A DNA stretch of 64,000 bases. Origin: Macrostomum hystrix (taxonomy: Eukaryota; Animalia; Platyhelminthes). The stretch is taken from positions 13,702,001 through 13,766,000 of the forward strand of contig CATNEN010000001.1 in NCBI GenBank assembly GCA_950097015.1, given 5' to 3'. Below the pieces are notes generated by a model that saw only the letters and a program-made list of their open reading frames with translations, made no database searches and was not told where the DNA came from. A program made the translations under genes and the position numbers. Below are positions 48,665 to 60,270 of the stretch, in pieces; within the stretch, counting starts at the first letter, position 1; every line of letters begins with the position of its first letter.

Positions 48665-49247
48665 TTCGCTGGTTATTGTTTGATGCTGTTCCAAAGTGCT
48701 TATGACAGAAGAACGTTTACACAGATTTGTAAGCGAGCGCGCTCGGCTTCTGACTTAAGCTGCTATCGTGACCCGTACGACAGTTTAATCACATAAACTA
48801 TCATTCAAGGTTGGTCTATGGCGAAAAAGCATAATATCGAACTCATAATATATTTAACGTTGCTATATTGTCTACTCATAGTAGAGTAGGTAGTTTCGAA
48901 CAGAAAATGAACATAAACACGAATAATTATTTGATTTCTGAATGTCTTGTCTATCTATATGTTGAAAAAGCACTTAAATTATTGTTGATTATTCCAGAGG
49001 TATTTTCGCGAAAGTACATATGTATTCTCAAACAAAGGTTAATGCAGTCTTTTTGCGAAAATACTTTTGTGCTAATATGATTACTCTTTCTAGTGGTATT
49101 TTCGCGAAAAGACATATGTGTCCCATATAAAAGTAAAAGAATTATCAAAAGAAGGTAAACGCCGTAAACGTTAATAATAATGGGGGTTCACAAAAAGTAG
49201 TTTGGTAGTAATTAGTAGTAAATTATTAGCATATTTTTTTTAATTGA

Positions 49248-49335
49248 GAAAAATGCGTAGTGCCGACTGGGATTCGAACCCGATCCACTGCTACTAAAAA
49301 TGAATGCTTTAGACCTGCATGCCAGATCACTTGCA
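49248..49335 (-). ncRNA. tRNA-like unit, copy 3 (inverted)
   Basis: Minus strand TGGCATGCAGGTCTAAAGC...GGGTTCGAATCCC...TTTTT, within a ~330-bp inverted homolog (49165-49490) of 31741-32095. Confidence 0.55.
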
Positions 49336-49904
49336 AAATTCCGGCGTGTTATCTGGTTATTTATATTGATTTTCTTTCGGATGTTGGATTTTTAATCATT
49401 TTTGTCTGCAAATAGTGGAATCTTGATCACGTTTTCAATATTTTCTAACAGAACAATAAGATTTATTGAGAGAATATAGATAGTACTGCTGATTACTATT
49501 ATTGTTAGTATTTTCGCGAAATACGGATACGTATTCAAACGAAGGTAGAACAGTATTTTTGCAAAAGCACTTTAAGTACTTTAGTTACATGAGATGATGT
49601 TTTCGCAAAATGCTTCAAGTGAAGTACCAATGTTAATGCAGGGCGTTATACGTTTGCGAAAGAACGAAGGTAAAAAGTTAGTCCGTCCATGCAAACTCGG
49701 TGCATTCGCGAAAGCACAATGAAATGGTGCATGAAGGACAAAGTGATATACATTAGTACTTTCGCAAACATGACTACATGCTCCGAAGTGCCCGATTGCA
49801 AAAGGACATAAGCTTAGCTGTTCTAATAATAGAAATACACTACGGAGATAAAAAAATGTCATTTCGTATATGCGTCAGTATTTTCGCGAAATGACTACCT
49901 ATTG

Positions 49905-49959
49905 TGTTCTATTTTTAGAAATACACTAGGGAGATCAAAAAAAAGGTCATTCGGCTTTT
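49905..49959 (+). repeat. Right terminal direct repeat of the 20-kb element
   Basis: 53/55 identical to 29825-29879. Related partial copies at 49819-49860 and 29899-29927. Confidence 0.85.
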
Positions 49960-50007
49960 TGCGCGCGCATGCCTACTGTTAGTAGTAGCCTAGTAGCCAT
50001 AGGGAGA

Positions 50008-50161
50008 TTTGGCAGTGGACGTTTTGGCATTGGACGTTTTGGCAGTGGACGTTTTGGCAATGGACGTTTTGGCAGTGGACGTTTTGGCAGTGGACGTTTT
50101 GGCAGTGGACGTTCTGGCAGTGGACGTTTTGGCAGTGGACGTTTTGGCAGTGGACGTTTTG
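50008..50161 (+). repeat. 15-bp minisatellite (TTTTGGCAGTGGACG)x10
   Basis: Directly visible. Inverted copy GCCAAAACGTCC near 50317. Confidence 0.95.
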
Positions 50162-50329
50162 TCCCTATAGCATACATATGCTAGTGCCATAGACGGTTGG
50201 GTCTGTAGTGCAGCCTTGGGTAGCGGATTTCCAACTTTTGGCCACTTGTACATAGGGGAATCCACATTGTAAGCTGGGGTCCACTGGACTAAACGTCCGA
50301 TAGTTGGGGTCTGCTTGCCAAAACGTCCG

Positions 50330-52058
50330 ATGCATATTTTGTCAGTGAAGAATTTGATTCGCTATTTGATCAAGTATGCGACAAAAGGCGAAAATGAGTC
50401 GGATTATATGGCGCAGCTGACAAAGCGTCTACACAAGGAGTTAAAAGATAATGCAGAACAGAATGCCGATAACAATTTTCAGCGTAGCAACACTGCAAGG
50501 CGTGTTTACAACAGCATTTGATGGCGCAAGTTGGAGCGCGTGATTATTCGACGCAAGAGGCAATGCATTTGCTATTGCAGAAGCCAATGTACAAGAGTTC
50601 GCGAGAATTCGTCTTTGTTCAGACTGGCCAAACCCGCGCAGTGGAGAAGGGTGTTTGCAGGAATAGTTGCGACAAGTATTCAAAGCGTGCAAAGAATTTG
50701 GAAAATGTAACAGTTTCGATTCTTTTCCGACTATTGTCTCAGCCCTAATGGGAGGTGCACAAAAAGGCCGAAACAAGTAGTTTTGCTAATCAGTTCATTT
50801 TTTCGAACGAATGAGCAATCAGACAAAAGACGCGAAGGCTATTATCGGCAGCAGGTTTTGTTGTACAGTTGTTGGCGAAATGAGCGAGAAGCCAAAGGTT
50901 TGCACACAAGCTGGCAGGAAGCGTACGGAGCCATGCCTGCAGAGAATCGATGCGAGCTGAAGCTGCCTAATTTGGAAGATTTGCGCAACGACGAAGCTGA
51001 CGAAGAAGTCGAAGCAGTTGCGGAGCTACCCGAAATGACCAACGCAAATGCGCAATCTGCTGCTCAGCCAACTTATGAGCACGAAGAGCAAGAAGATTGG
51101 ATGGTTGCAGTGGGGGCAGTGTTGACAGTGTTGAATAACAGTGTTGAATCGCTTAATGTTCGGCAGCGAGAAATGTACAACCTAATTGAAAGTCATTTGC
51201 AGCTTTCAAGACTAGCCGAAGAAAACCGAGGCGAAAAGCCGGAGCCTCTCAAAGCAATTTTGTATGGTAGCGCTGGAACTGGAAAAAGCTACTTGATTTC
51301 TACATTGCGTCGGTTGATTGGAGAATCAAGATGCAGAATTATGGCTTCAACAGGCGTAGCCGCTTTCAATATTGCAGGCGAGACTTTGCACTTGGCTTTG
51401 AAATTAAATGTAAATTTTAGTGCTGGTGTTGGCAAGAAATCGCTAATGGAGATGCAAGAGCAGTGGAAAGATGTGCGCTACATTTTTATTGAAGAATTTA
51501 GCATGCTTGGCCAAAGGTTACTTCGTAGGGTGGATGCTCGATTGCGCGAATTTTTTCCAGAACACAGTAAACAGAGTTTTGGTAGTCGATCTGCAATCCT
51601 AATTGGCGACGTGTTTCACTTGCCTCCAGTTTTGGACACGCAACTGTACGTTTACAATCCAAATCAAAAGAAGCCCGAAAATTGATATCTGAAGGCTATA
51701 AATTGTACATGGAGTTCAAAAAGGTTGTGCATCTGATAGGACAAGTCCGACAAGCTGGAGAAGCTACAAGCTGGATACCAATCTGGAGAAGCGACTCTAT
51801 TTGTGCATTGGTGCTCGAGTAATGCTAACTAGAAATCCGTCAGTACGCAATGGACTTGTGAATGGATCAGTTGGAACTGTACGAGGAATTTGCTACGCTC
51901 CTGGAAGACAATTGCCAAAGGATTGGCCAGAATGTATTTGGGTTGAATTTGACAATTATTCTGGCCCAGCAATGGGGGCAATTGTACAAGATGATCGTTT
52001 GCTGAAAATGTGCTCATCCGCGAATTCTGATAGGCGCTACCTTGCGAGTTTAAATTAA
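50330..52058 (+). pseudogene. Helitron Rep C-terminus and PIF1-family helicase remnant
   Basis: YLIKYATKGE (Rep motif 3), RDYSTQEAMHLL, GSAGTGKS, ASTGVAAFNI.GETLH, FIEEFSMLG, IGDVFHLPPV, GARVMLTRN...GLVNGSVG. Stops and deletions present. Confidence 0.9.
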
Positions 52059-52389
52059 ACGCAACAGTCTTTACCTTTTAGAAGGTGCAGATAGTTAAGC
52101 AGAAGTGTTTGAGTATTAAATGGAGAAATGGAAAAATGATGTGGCAGTAGTGGAAAGGACATGGGGTTGCTGCTGACACATGTCTATGGCACTACTCACC
52201 TACTCAGTTCGTGGCAGAGTATAGGCAGCAGCTTGCACTCGCTACTTGCTCCCCTTCCCACTCTCACATGAGCTTTGACTTATCGCATTGAGTCTTCACT
52301 TGTTAAATTTTATTAAATTTTACTTGAACTGCAACATGGCTGGGTGCCCAGCGGCCATAGTCAGGAAGGTGGCCTCTGAGGCGGAAAAT

Positions 52390-52510
52390 TCCGGCGCACA
52401 CAAAGGGTCTCGGAGCACATCGGCGCACAAGCGCGGCGCACACAAAGGGTCTCGGCGCACATTGGCGCACAAGTGTGGCGCACACAAAGGGTCTCGGCGC
52501 ACATTGGCCC
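52390..52510 (+). repeat. ~42-bp tandem repeat (GGCGCACACAAAGGGTCTCGGCGCACA...)
   Basis: Three units visible. A related 11-bp GACGGC(G/A)CACA repeat lies at 52940-53007. Confidence 0.8.
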
Positions 52511-53169
52511 ATAAGCTGCAGTACACACTATAAATTCCTAGAAGTCGTAATTTGTCGTAAATTGCATATTTGTTATTCTAACGGCATTTTTCAAATATGG
52601 AAATTGTTCATAATTTTTTAAATCGTATGATTGAACATCTTGTAACATTGTCGTAACTCGTAAATATTTTTTGTATTTCCTGTTTCCCATCAACTGTCCG
52701 AACTGTGTTACAACTTACAATTACTGCTTTCGTTTCAATTCAGTTTTTTTTCAATATTACATATATTTGCTTAGCTGTGCTTAGATCTGCGATGTGCGAT
52801 CTGTGATCTGTGAATGCGATAACCTAACTGTATGATGAACGTATTTTATTTTGTAACATTAATACATCATATAACCCTTAGGTTAACATAGGGTGCTTTT
52901 CTGTGTAGGGTCAGGGCTAGGGGACAGAAACAGCGTATAGACGGCACACAGATGGCGCACAGACGGCGCACAGATGGCGCAGAGACGGCACACAGACGGC
53001 ACACAGATTGTCCCTCCAAAATTTATTCCGGCGCACACTCTGCCACCTTCCTGACTATGGCCCAGCGGCACCTACATTCATCGTCCCTCCTGGACAACTG
53101 CGTCCCTCGCTGGAGCTGTGCGACATAAACTTTACGATGCGCGAGCTGGCCAACATCACCCAGACGCCT

Positions 53170-53292
53170 AGCAACGGAACAAGCAAGGCGCTATTCGAGT
53201 CACATCTGGAGGAATTTATGTGGCGTAAGATGCACCCACAGAACGTGTTTGGAAACATTCTCTTTTGGATTGCGCACTATTACCCCCTGTGA
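53170..53292 (+). pseudogene. Merlin/IS1595-like transposase C-terminal fragment
   Basis: GTSKALFESHLEEFMWRK....VFGNIL..IA..YP matches the IS1595-family C-terminal motif. Confidence 0.6.
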
Positions 53293-56093
53293 ACTGTGAA
53301 CTGTGAACTGTGCTGGCTTTTCCTTAAATTATTCAAGACAAGAATGGGTATTGGTAAAGAAAAAATGTAATCGCATATTAAATTACTGACATTTGATCAA
53401 GGTTAAATAAACTAAAATTATTTCTTTAAGTTTTCTGGAGGATAAAAATATAATATAATGACAAGAAATGATCCTGGGATTGTGAGAATCATCCATCATC
53501 ATTACCTGGAAGCTGCAGCTTAGAAATAGCTACACTTAAAAAATTCAAAACAAAGCCAAAATTATTCCAGCTAGTGAAACTACAACATAGTCAAATGCTT
53601 TGTAAATTTCACAAATATTAGTAGTATCCTTTTTTACTTTGTCATTAGAAAGGCAATAAGAAAGAACTAGAGGAGTAAGATTAAGAAAGAAGATAAATAC
53701 TAAAATAGGTAGGAGAATAGGCTTAGGCGCCTACTCGATTTTTTTGTGAGGAGACTAGTGAGTAATCCCGAGTTTTCTTTAACGCCATAATATATTTTTT
53801 ATGTAAATACTTTTTTACGAAGGGAGCACCCATGGGTGGTCACTTCTAGGACTCATGTGTACTTCTGCTCCTGCAGGAGTAATTTAGAAAAATATTAATT
53901 TGTCTTACATGCATTTTCTCGCATTTGGAGTCTCGCCAAAGCATGCCTACTTGAACATGTGACAGTAGAGGACAAAAGAAGCTACAGAAGACTTCTTCTA
54001 TAAGTCCTCGAGTGCTTGAGTCCTTCACTTAATCGAAATGCAATTGTTTACTCGAGACGATGTCGACGACGTAAGTTCAATTGTGCCAATGCATTTCTTT
54101 TTAAATACTTGCGAGCGCAGGCAACTTTATCAAAAACATCGAGTCAATATTGAATTTAAACAAACTGAACAATGGGTACAATTAAGCCACAGAAAAGCAA
54201 TATGTTGCTCACTCACCTGCTTCGTGACATCACGAAATTCAGATCCAAATTTTAAAGAACTATTATAATTAAAAATTGTAACGCATAGAAAACCGTGCAT
54301 TTGTTCATTTAGAGCGTAAAAATCTGAAAAGTAAAAATGTTTCCGACAATGTTCATTCAGCAATATGGAACTGAATATCGCACTTTGAACACTTTGAAAA
54401 GTACTTTAATCAGATAGCATTTATATGATGTAACAGGCACAGCGATCTATGGGAAATAATATTTTTGGTCGATCACGTGTCCTTCGCTTGTACCCTCCCC
54501 TTCCCCGGTGACACCCTGCGCGACCTTGAAATGTCAAACCTATCCCGATCTTAAATAATTATTTTATTCTTTATTTCGAATGTCCTTGACCTTCCTCCCT
54601 TTTGTAATTTATGACTTTACCACTGTCAAGCGCGCCTACCCCTCGTCCCTAGTTCTAATTTGCACTCATTAGTCACAAACTTCTCCCTCTCTTTCGATTG
54701 TAAAGCACCTCCCTCTCTTCCTTTGTTCTCCCAGCAATAAATCTTGTTACCTTATCGCGCACCCACCTCGATCTCTCCTAGGTAAAACACCAAAATCAAT
54801 TAATGCGGTATCAGCCCTCTCACTCTCCTTCATCCTTAATCGAATTCCTAAAATATTAATTTATATGTTTTAATTGCTGTTTCGCAAGGATATACAACGA
54901 AATCTTTAACCGAAAGTTTTTTACAATCTAATTGGGAGTGTGAGAGATACAATTTTCAGACTACTGACAACAGTAGAAAAGCAGACTTGGCTGCAAAACT
55001 CTCACATAACACTAACAAATATCGCCATAAAATGGCAAGCTTAAAACAGACTTCTGTGCACACTAAGAGTGGTGGGAGAGGACTGCGTGTGGCTATGGCT
55101 GACTGACGAAGGCAAACAAGCCAGAAACCGGTCTCGGTCTGCCAGCGCGAGGTTCGTTCCCCACTTTTAGTGTGTTACAGGGAGCAATTAGCAAGTTAAA
55201 TCTTATTGGAGCTAAATCTTTGTTGAGGGGGTATGAGTGGCAGAGCGGTTAATGCGTTTACCTCTCGCACTAAAGTCTCAATTTCATTCAAGGCTCGATT
55301 CCACGGCGAGGCAACTTGGGGTGCAGCCGCGGAAAGAAAGCAAGCTTCAAGGGGCTTGTCGTGCAATTTACGTCCTTGAGGGCCAACCTCCAAGGCACAG
55401 TGAAAGTGTACACTTCCAGACAATGAAAAGTCAGGGCCTGCAATTGTACAGGTCAAGATCAACCTGTACTTGCATCGTTGAGGTCTACCTTTGCTGCATC
55501 CCGAAGAATCCCCTGAGCAAAAGTCCTCTCCCTTGCTGACCGTTCTACTCCTCGCATTAGAGTTCTTATTTCCGGCCATCGACCTTGGGGATGAGCCTAA
55601 AGTACATTCTCTTTTAGAGGGGAAGCCCCGTTTCGTCAGGGTTAGTCGGCTGTGCTGTGCGAAGGTGGCTGGTGGCAGGTGGCAGGTGGCAGCCCTGCCC
55701 AGCAGGTCCTTCCCTCTCACAACCCTGGCCTTTTCCCCTAGGTCCCTGGGATCTTGGCCACTCAGTCACACCCAAGCTACCAGAGGTGGTGTAGCTACGG
55801 AGGGATGAGACCCGGTTCTCCCGATGTATAGCCGGTAACGCATTCTTACGCTTGAGGCTGAAAAGGAGCGACAAATTGCCAAACTCGGGACTTGATACAT
55901 TCCATTACTGAAACTGAAATGAGTATTTCTATAATTCCATATTTAGCCAAGTCTTGGTGGCGTGATCATGGATTACGGAGTCACTTACAAAATGCACAGA
56001 AAAAGTACTCGGAAGATCATAATCACGTCCTTGTCCACTGAAAATGTAACGGTTAGCAAAACGCCTTTAAGCTTGACAATGCTGATAAGCATA

Positions 56094-56125
56094 TACGAGG
56101 GGTGTCCAAAAAGTAGTGGGAATTT
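56094..56125 (+). mobile_element. Tc1/mariner-type terminal repeat remnant
   Basis: TA|TACGAGGGGTGTCCAAAAAGT resembles a mariner TIR start. No partner TIR found. Confidence 0.4.
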
Positions 56126-56390
56126 TCAACGTAGCTCATAGTTGGATTCGTATATTTTAGTAAAATCTTAGACTTAATCGTATTCTAGTTCGAAGCTACG
56201 AAAAGCGCCTTCGAAAAAAGTTCCAGTTCGTTGTCACATCAGCCAGTCACCACCTGTGACCATGACTTGACAATTGACTTATAGCTGCAGGGTGCTCCAT
56301 CCCCATCTGTGACTACTGAGACCACATATCACAGCCAATCACCACCTGTCACCACCTGTCACCACCTGTCGCCACCTGTCGCCGCATGAG

Positions 56391-58870
56391 TCACAGATTG
56401 GCGCCCGTGGCGGTGGCGCAGCCGAAGCCGCTGCAGAAGGAGCCGCCGCCACCTCCAGCCTGTCTTGGGTCTGTGCCGGTGCCTCCGCCGCTGAATCCGC
56501 CGCCTCCGCCGCTAGCACCGATGCGACTGACCACGCAGCAGCCGCCGCCAGCGCCGCCTCCACCGAAGCCGCCGTCGCCAGTGGGGCAGGAGGAGTTGCG
56601 AGCTCCGCCGAGCCAGCTGTCGATGCGGCTCAGACCGGGACCTCCGGGATCAGCGAAGGACTCGTTGCTGGGCTGGGCCGAGCCGAGCCAGCCGGCGCCG
56701 GCACCGCCGCACGAGAAGAGGGGGTATTCATAGTTGCGATTGGGAGCCACCAGACCCGGCTGACCGGCAGCTCCTCCAGCGCCAGTCCAGTCGTTCTTCG
56801 GCCAGCTGTCCGTGCCGTTGATGCCTCCGTCGCCACTCACGCCACCTGGGATTTCAGCGGACACGCCATGGGTTTCCATGGTTTCTGTCAATCAGCTCAG
56901 GTGGCACACCGCTCGGTGAGCTGCCAGTTTTCTAATTTATGGCTGAAAGTCTGTAAAACTGGCGGACAAGCCAATTTTCACTTTCAGTAGTTCTAAAATA
57001 ATCTACGCTTGTACGAATATGAGCTGCTCAATTCTTTATCTCATGAATTTCATAACCTATCTGCGGATCTCCGAGTTCCTCGAGCATGCGCAGATCTGGC
57101 CTCCAACTGCCTCGAATCTGTCTGCTAAAACCCTGCTGATACTACTCAATACTCACGATGGACTGAGTAGCTGAAATAGAGTGTACTTTGTCTGTGTTCA
57201 GTGAAAATGTTTTAAACAGCCAAGTTTTGGCGCGATGAAATCCGTGTTCCTATTTTCTTGATTGGCAATTTTTCGTTAAACTGCTTTGGATGGCTAATGA
57301 AGAGAATTAAATTTACAGATTACCGCTTGTCAGCCAGGATTCGCTCTCCTTGTTGCTTCTGTCTAAATCTGCTGCACTGCAGCTTTGAAAGTTCAAGTCC
57401 ATTAAATGTGACAGCCCTCGACATCTATGGTCCTTCCTGCCCAGCAACTCCTGGCCACAGACGCTGCAACTGCTGATCCTGCTCTGCTGTCTGTGACCCT
57501 GGCTGAACCTGGAGGGACTGCACCAGTCGCTGAGGCTCATTCAGTGAATGCTTGAGCTCTGGGCCTACAAAGGCTGCATTATGAGCCCTGAGATGGCACA
57601 GACTTAACCATTGCGATTACTAACAAGTAAAAACTTGCAGCTTTTTCTAACTCTGTTAAGAGGGAAATAAAAAATTTTGAATTGCAAACTTTCTTCAGGG
57701 CCTCTGTTCACTTACCAAACCATGACGCCCCGCCTCCTCCTCCAGCAGCCAGGAGCAGCCGAAGACTGCCGGTGCCGTTGCTGATGTACACGAAGCTGGC
57801 ACCGCCACCACCTGCGCCATAACCACACGCCGAGTTGCCACCGGCCTGTCCGACCACAATGTCCAGTCGGGTGCCAGCCGCGAGCCAGAAGCTCCCAGCG
57901 GCTGAGGCGCCCCTGCCACCTATCATCCACGCGTTGCCCCCAGCAGCTCCGAAGGCCTCGATGCGGAAGCAGGCAGCGAACGGCACGGAGAAGAGCTGAA
58001 CCGATCCGTTCCGACCGGAGCTGCTGTCTGTTTGGTGAGTCGGAGCGGCATGCGACAGTGTGAGAGATCGCCTGCTAATCTGACTCAAGTCAAGTGGATG
58101 AATATGCTCTCACTTTAATTGCGCTTCAAACGGAATGAGCAAAAACTGTGTAGCAGCTCAGCTTGAGCAAGCAGTCAGCTGCACTGAAAACCATATTGAT
58201 CATTATGACAAGGTCGAGAAACGAGCGAAGCCAATGGGGTCTCTGAGAAATATAATAATACAAAAGCATGGTTTGTGGCTTAATTAAATACAAAAAACTG
58301 CTTCGGTTGAACAAGGCTAGAAATCATTAATCTAAGAAGCGGTTTTAAGAAAATTTCTAAAAGCTCATGACCCATGAGTGCTTGGGTTTTCGACTCGCAT
58401 GAACTCACTGGTGAGCACCATTTTGAAGCCTCTGGATAGAAGCTGCTGCTCGAAGTCCTCCGCCTTCCACAGCCTCACGGCTTTGTCGGCTGCCGAGCCC
58501 AGCTGCCTCGTCACGTGACTGCCGTTCGGACCGAGCCGTCCAGATGACTCATCGTTGATTACTACGATCTGGCAGATGCAGCTGGTCTCATTCAGCACTG
58601 CGGCAGCGCAGCCTCTGTCCTCGCACCAGGACAGGCACTCGACATCGGACCTGAAGCCGGAGTCGTTGAACAAACTGCTGCTCACTGATTCGGTCAGGGT
58701 CTCGAAGCCGCTATTTTTTATTTCGAACGTCTTGCCGCTGACAATCTCAGTCACTGGATTTAGTTAATTGGGGGGTGAACAGTGTTTTAGATCAAACGCT
58801 AAAATGGTGAGCAGCAGTACTCACCGATTGAGCAAGCCAGCAGCAGAGCAGCTTTGTTAGCGAATCGCAT
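56391..58870 (-). CDS. Secreted PAN/Apple-domain plus ALK/LTK-like glycine-rich domain protein (exons 58870-58825, 58753-58409, 58027-57716, 56845-56391)
   Basis: Signal-like MRFANKAALLLACSI; ECLSWC..RGC..A.LN...C.C (PAN/Apple); FRIEAFGAAGG...GGRGA...L.IVVGQAGG...GGGGASFV...AAGGGGG and GGFGGGG...GGGGGFSGG...AGGGGGSF. Phase-1 GT-AG introns are consistent. Confidence 0.8.
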
Positions 58871-59365
58871 GGCAGCTTCGGTCGCTGGCGCGAAGTTTTG
58901 TTGCCGTGAGTGAAGATGTCGGGGCGCCGTTTCTTGGGGCTGAATTTATGCAGTGTGTGAGAGATGCAGCCAACCAGCGCGGCGCTGCTTATGCAGTTGC
59001 TAGGCACGGAGCTGGTGGGCAATATCTTGTTTACCTATGCATGGAATAAGATGCTTCCACCCCCAATAGGTGATTAGCAAGATCCTGATTGAAAAGAAGT
59101 CGTCGTATCGAAGACTGGACGGAAAAAGAGACATTTTTCTGTCTTCTATCTTTTTGACATGTCAATTTCTGGAACCACAGTCAAATATTTGATTTGAAAA
59201 ATTGAAGAACTGCTTCAACATCTGAGTTTTGGGCCTATGATTCCTAGTGCCGTAAATTTACCACTTAACTCAAGTAAGTGACAACTGTAGTTGGAGCAGA
59301 AAAAATGTTTCAGATTTGTTTAGCGCGATGCTTCTGTCCCGTGCTGCGCTTCAAGATGCATTTGC

Positions 59366-59404
59366 AACACACACACACGCACACACACACACACACACAC
59401 ACGC
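59366..59404 (+). repeat. (CA)n microsatellite
   Basis: Directly visible. Confidence 0.95.
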
Positions 59405-59719
59405 ACTGTACAGAAGGCACACTTCGGCTTCTTCCGTTGCGGCATCCGACTGGAGTCCTGGTCGCCGGCCAGGAGGAGCGCCGGAATCGGTTTTTAGACT
59501 GGTGCAGCAGTCCGAGCAGTGGCTTAACGTCGCTCACCATCTCGCCCTAGAGGTGCAGGTGAAACTTGTTGACTCCGCAAATGATCGCAAGCGCCTGCTT
59601 CTCCAGCTGCCGTCTGTGCGTCGTGCAGCGTGCGCGAGATGAATTCAATCGCGATTCAAGTTGGCACCGTCGATCCGGTGGTGGCAGATGACGGTGCGCG
59701 GATGCAGTAGGGCGAGGCG

Positions 59720-60270
59720 TCGCACTCCAGCATCCACACGACTCCAAAAATCCTTGGCATCACGTTCGATCTGTCAATCAAGTTTCATCATCATGCCAGA
59801 AACATCGCCAACTCCATGCGAGCGAGCAACAACGTCCTCAAAGCCCTCTCTGGCTGTAACAGGGGCGCCAGGATAAAGAAAACTGATTGTCACGTTCAAA
59901 GCTATCTCTCGTCCTCTTGCCAATTACTGCGCACCTATCTGGAGCCCGCTCCTCTGCCCAACCAGCTGTTCGCTCCTTCAACGCGCGCAAAACTTCGCGC
60001 ACCGCACCATCATGGGCTGCCACTCCTGCACCGCGGTCCAGGATCTGCACTCCGAATGTCAGATCCTCAAGATCAAGCTTACCTGCGAGAGCATTTCCGC
60101 CCAGTTCTAGATCCAGCTGCACGACTGATCTAGAACAGCCAGCTGCAGATCCAGCCAGCTCCACCCTTCACAAGCGCTGCAAGCTGAACCTCCATCGCCC
60201 CGCCGCATCAGGACTGAACTCGGCCGCTCTGTTGTCGAGTTCCTCCGTCGACTACACTAGCCTTTGCTTC
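59720..60270 (+). pseudogene. Non-LTR retrotransposon (LINE) RT C-terminal remnant
   Basis: PKILGITFD..F..H...NVLKALSG...GA...L..TFKA..RP...YCAPIWSP across frameshifts. Confidence 0.75.

Larger units (their letters stand above)
29825..49990. mobile_element. Candidate ~20-kb tyrosine-recombinase plus SF3-helicase integrative element of unknown class
   Basis: Lies between two collinear halves of a Helitron ORF. Bounded by 55-bp direct repeats. Carries an element-restricted repeat family and convergent YR-like and Rep-SF3-like genes. Confidence 0.7.

Noticed and set aside
29825-49990. Polinton/adintovirus, DIRS/Ngaro or prophage identity
   Set aside because: No protein-primed polymerase, rve integrase, packaging ATPase, recognisable capsid or RT/RNase H. 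Genes have spliceosomal introns.
49947-50265. PKRPL / GRFGS repeat ORFs
   Set aside because: Translations of a 15-bp minisatellite.
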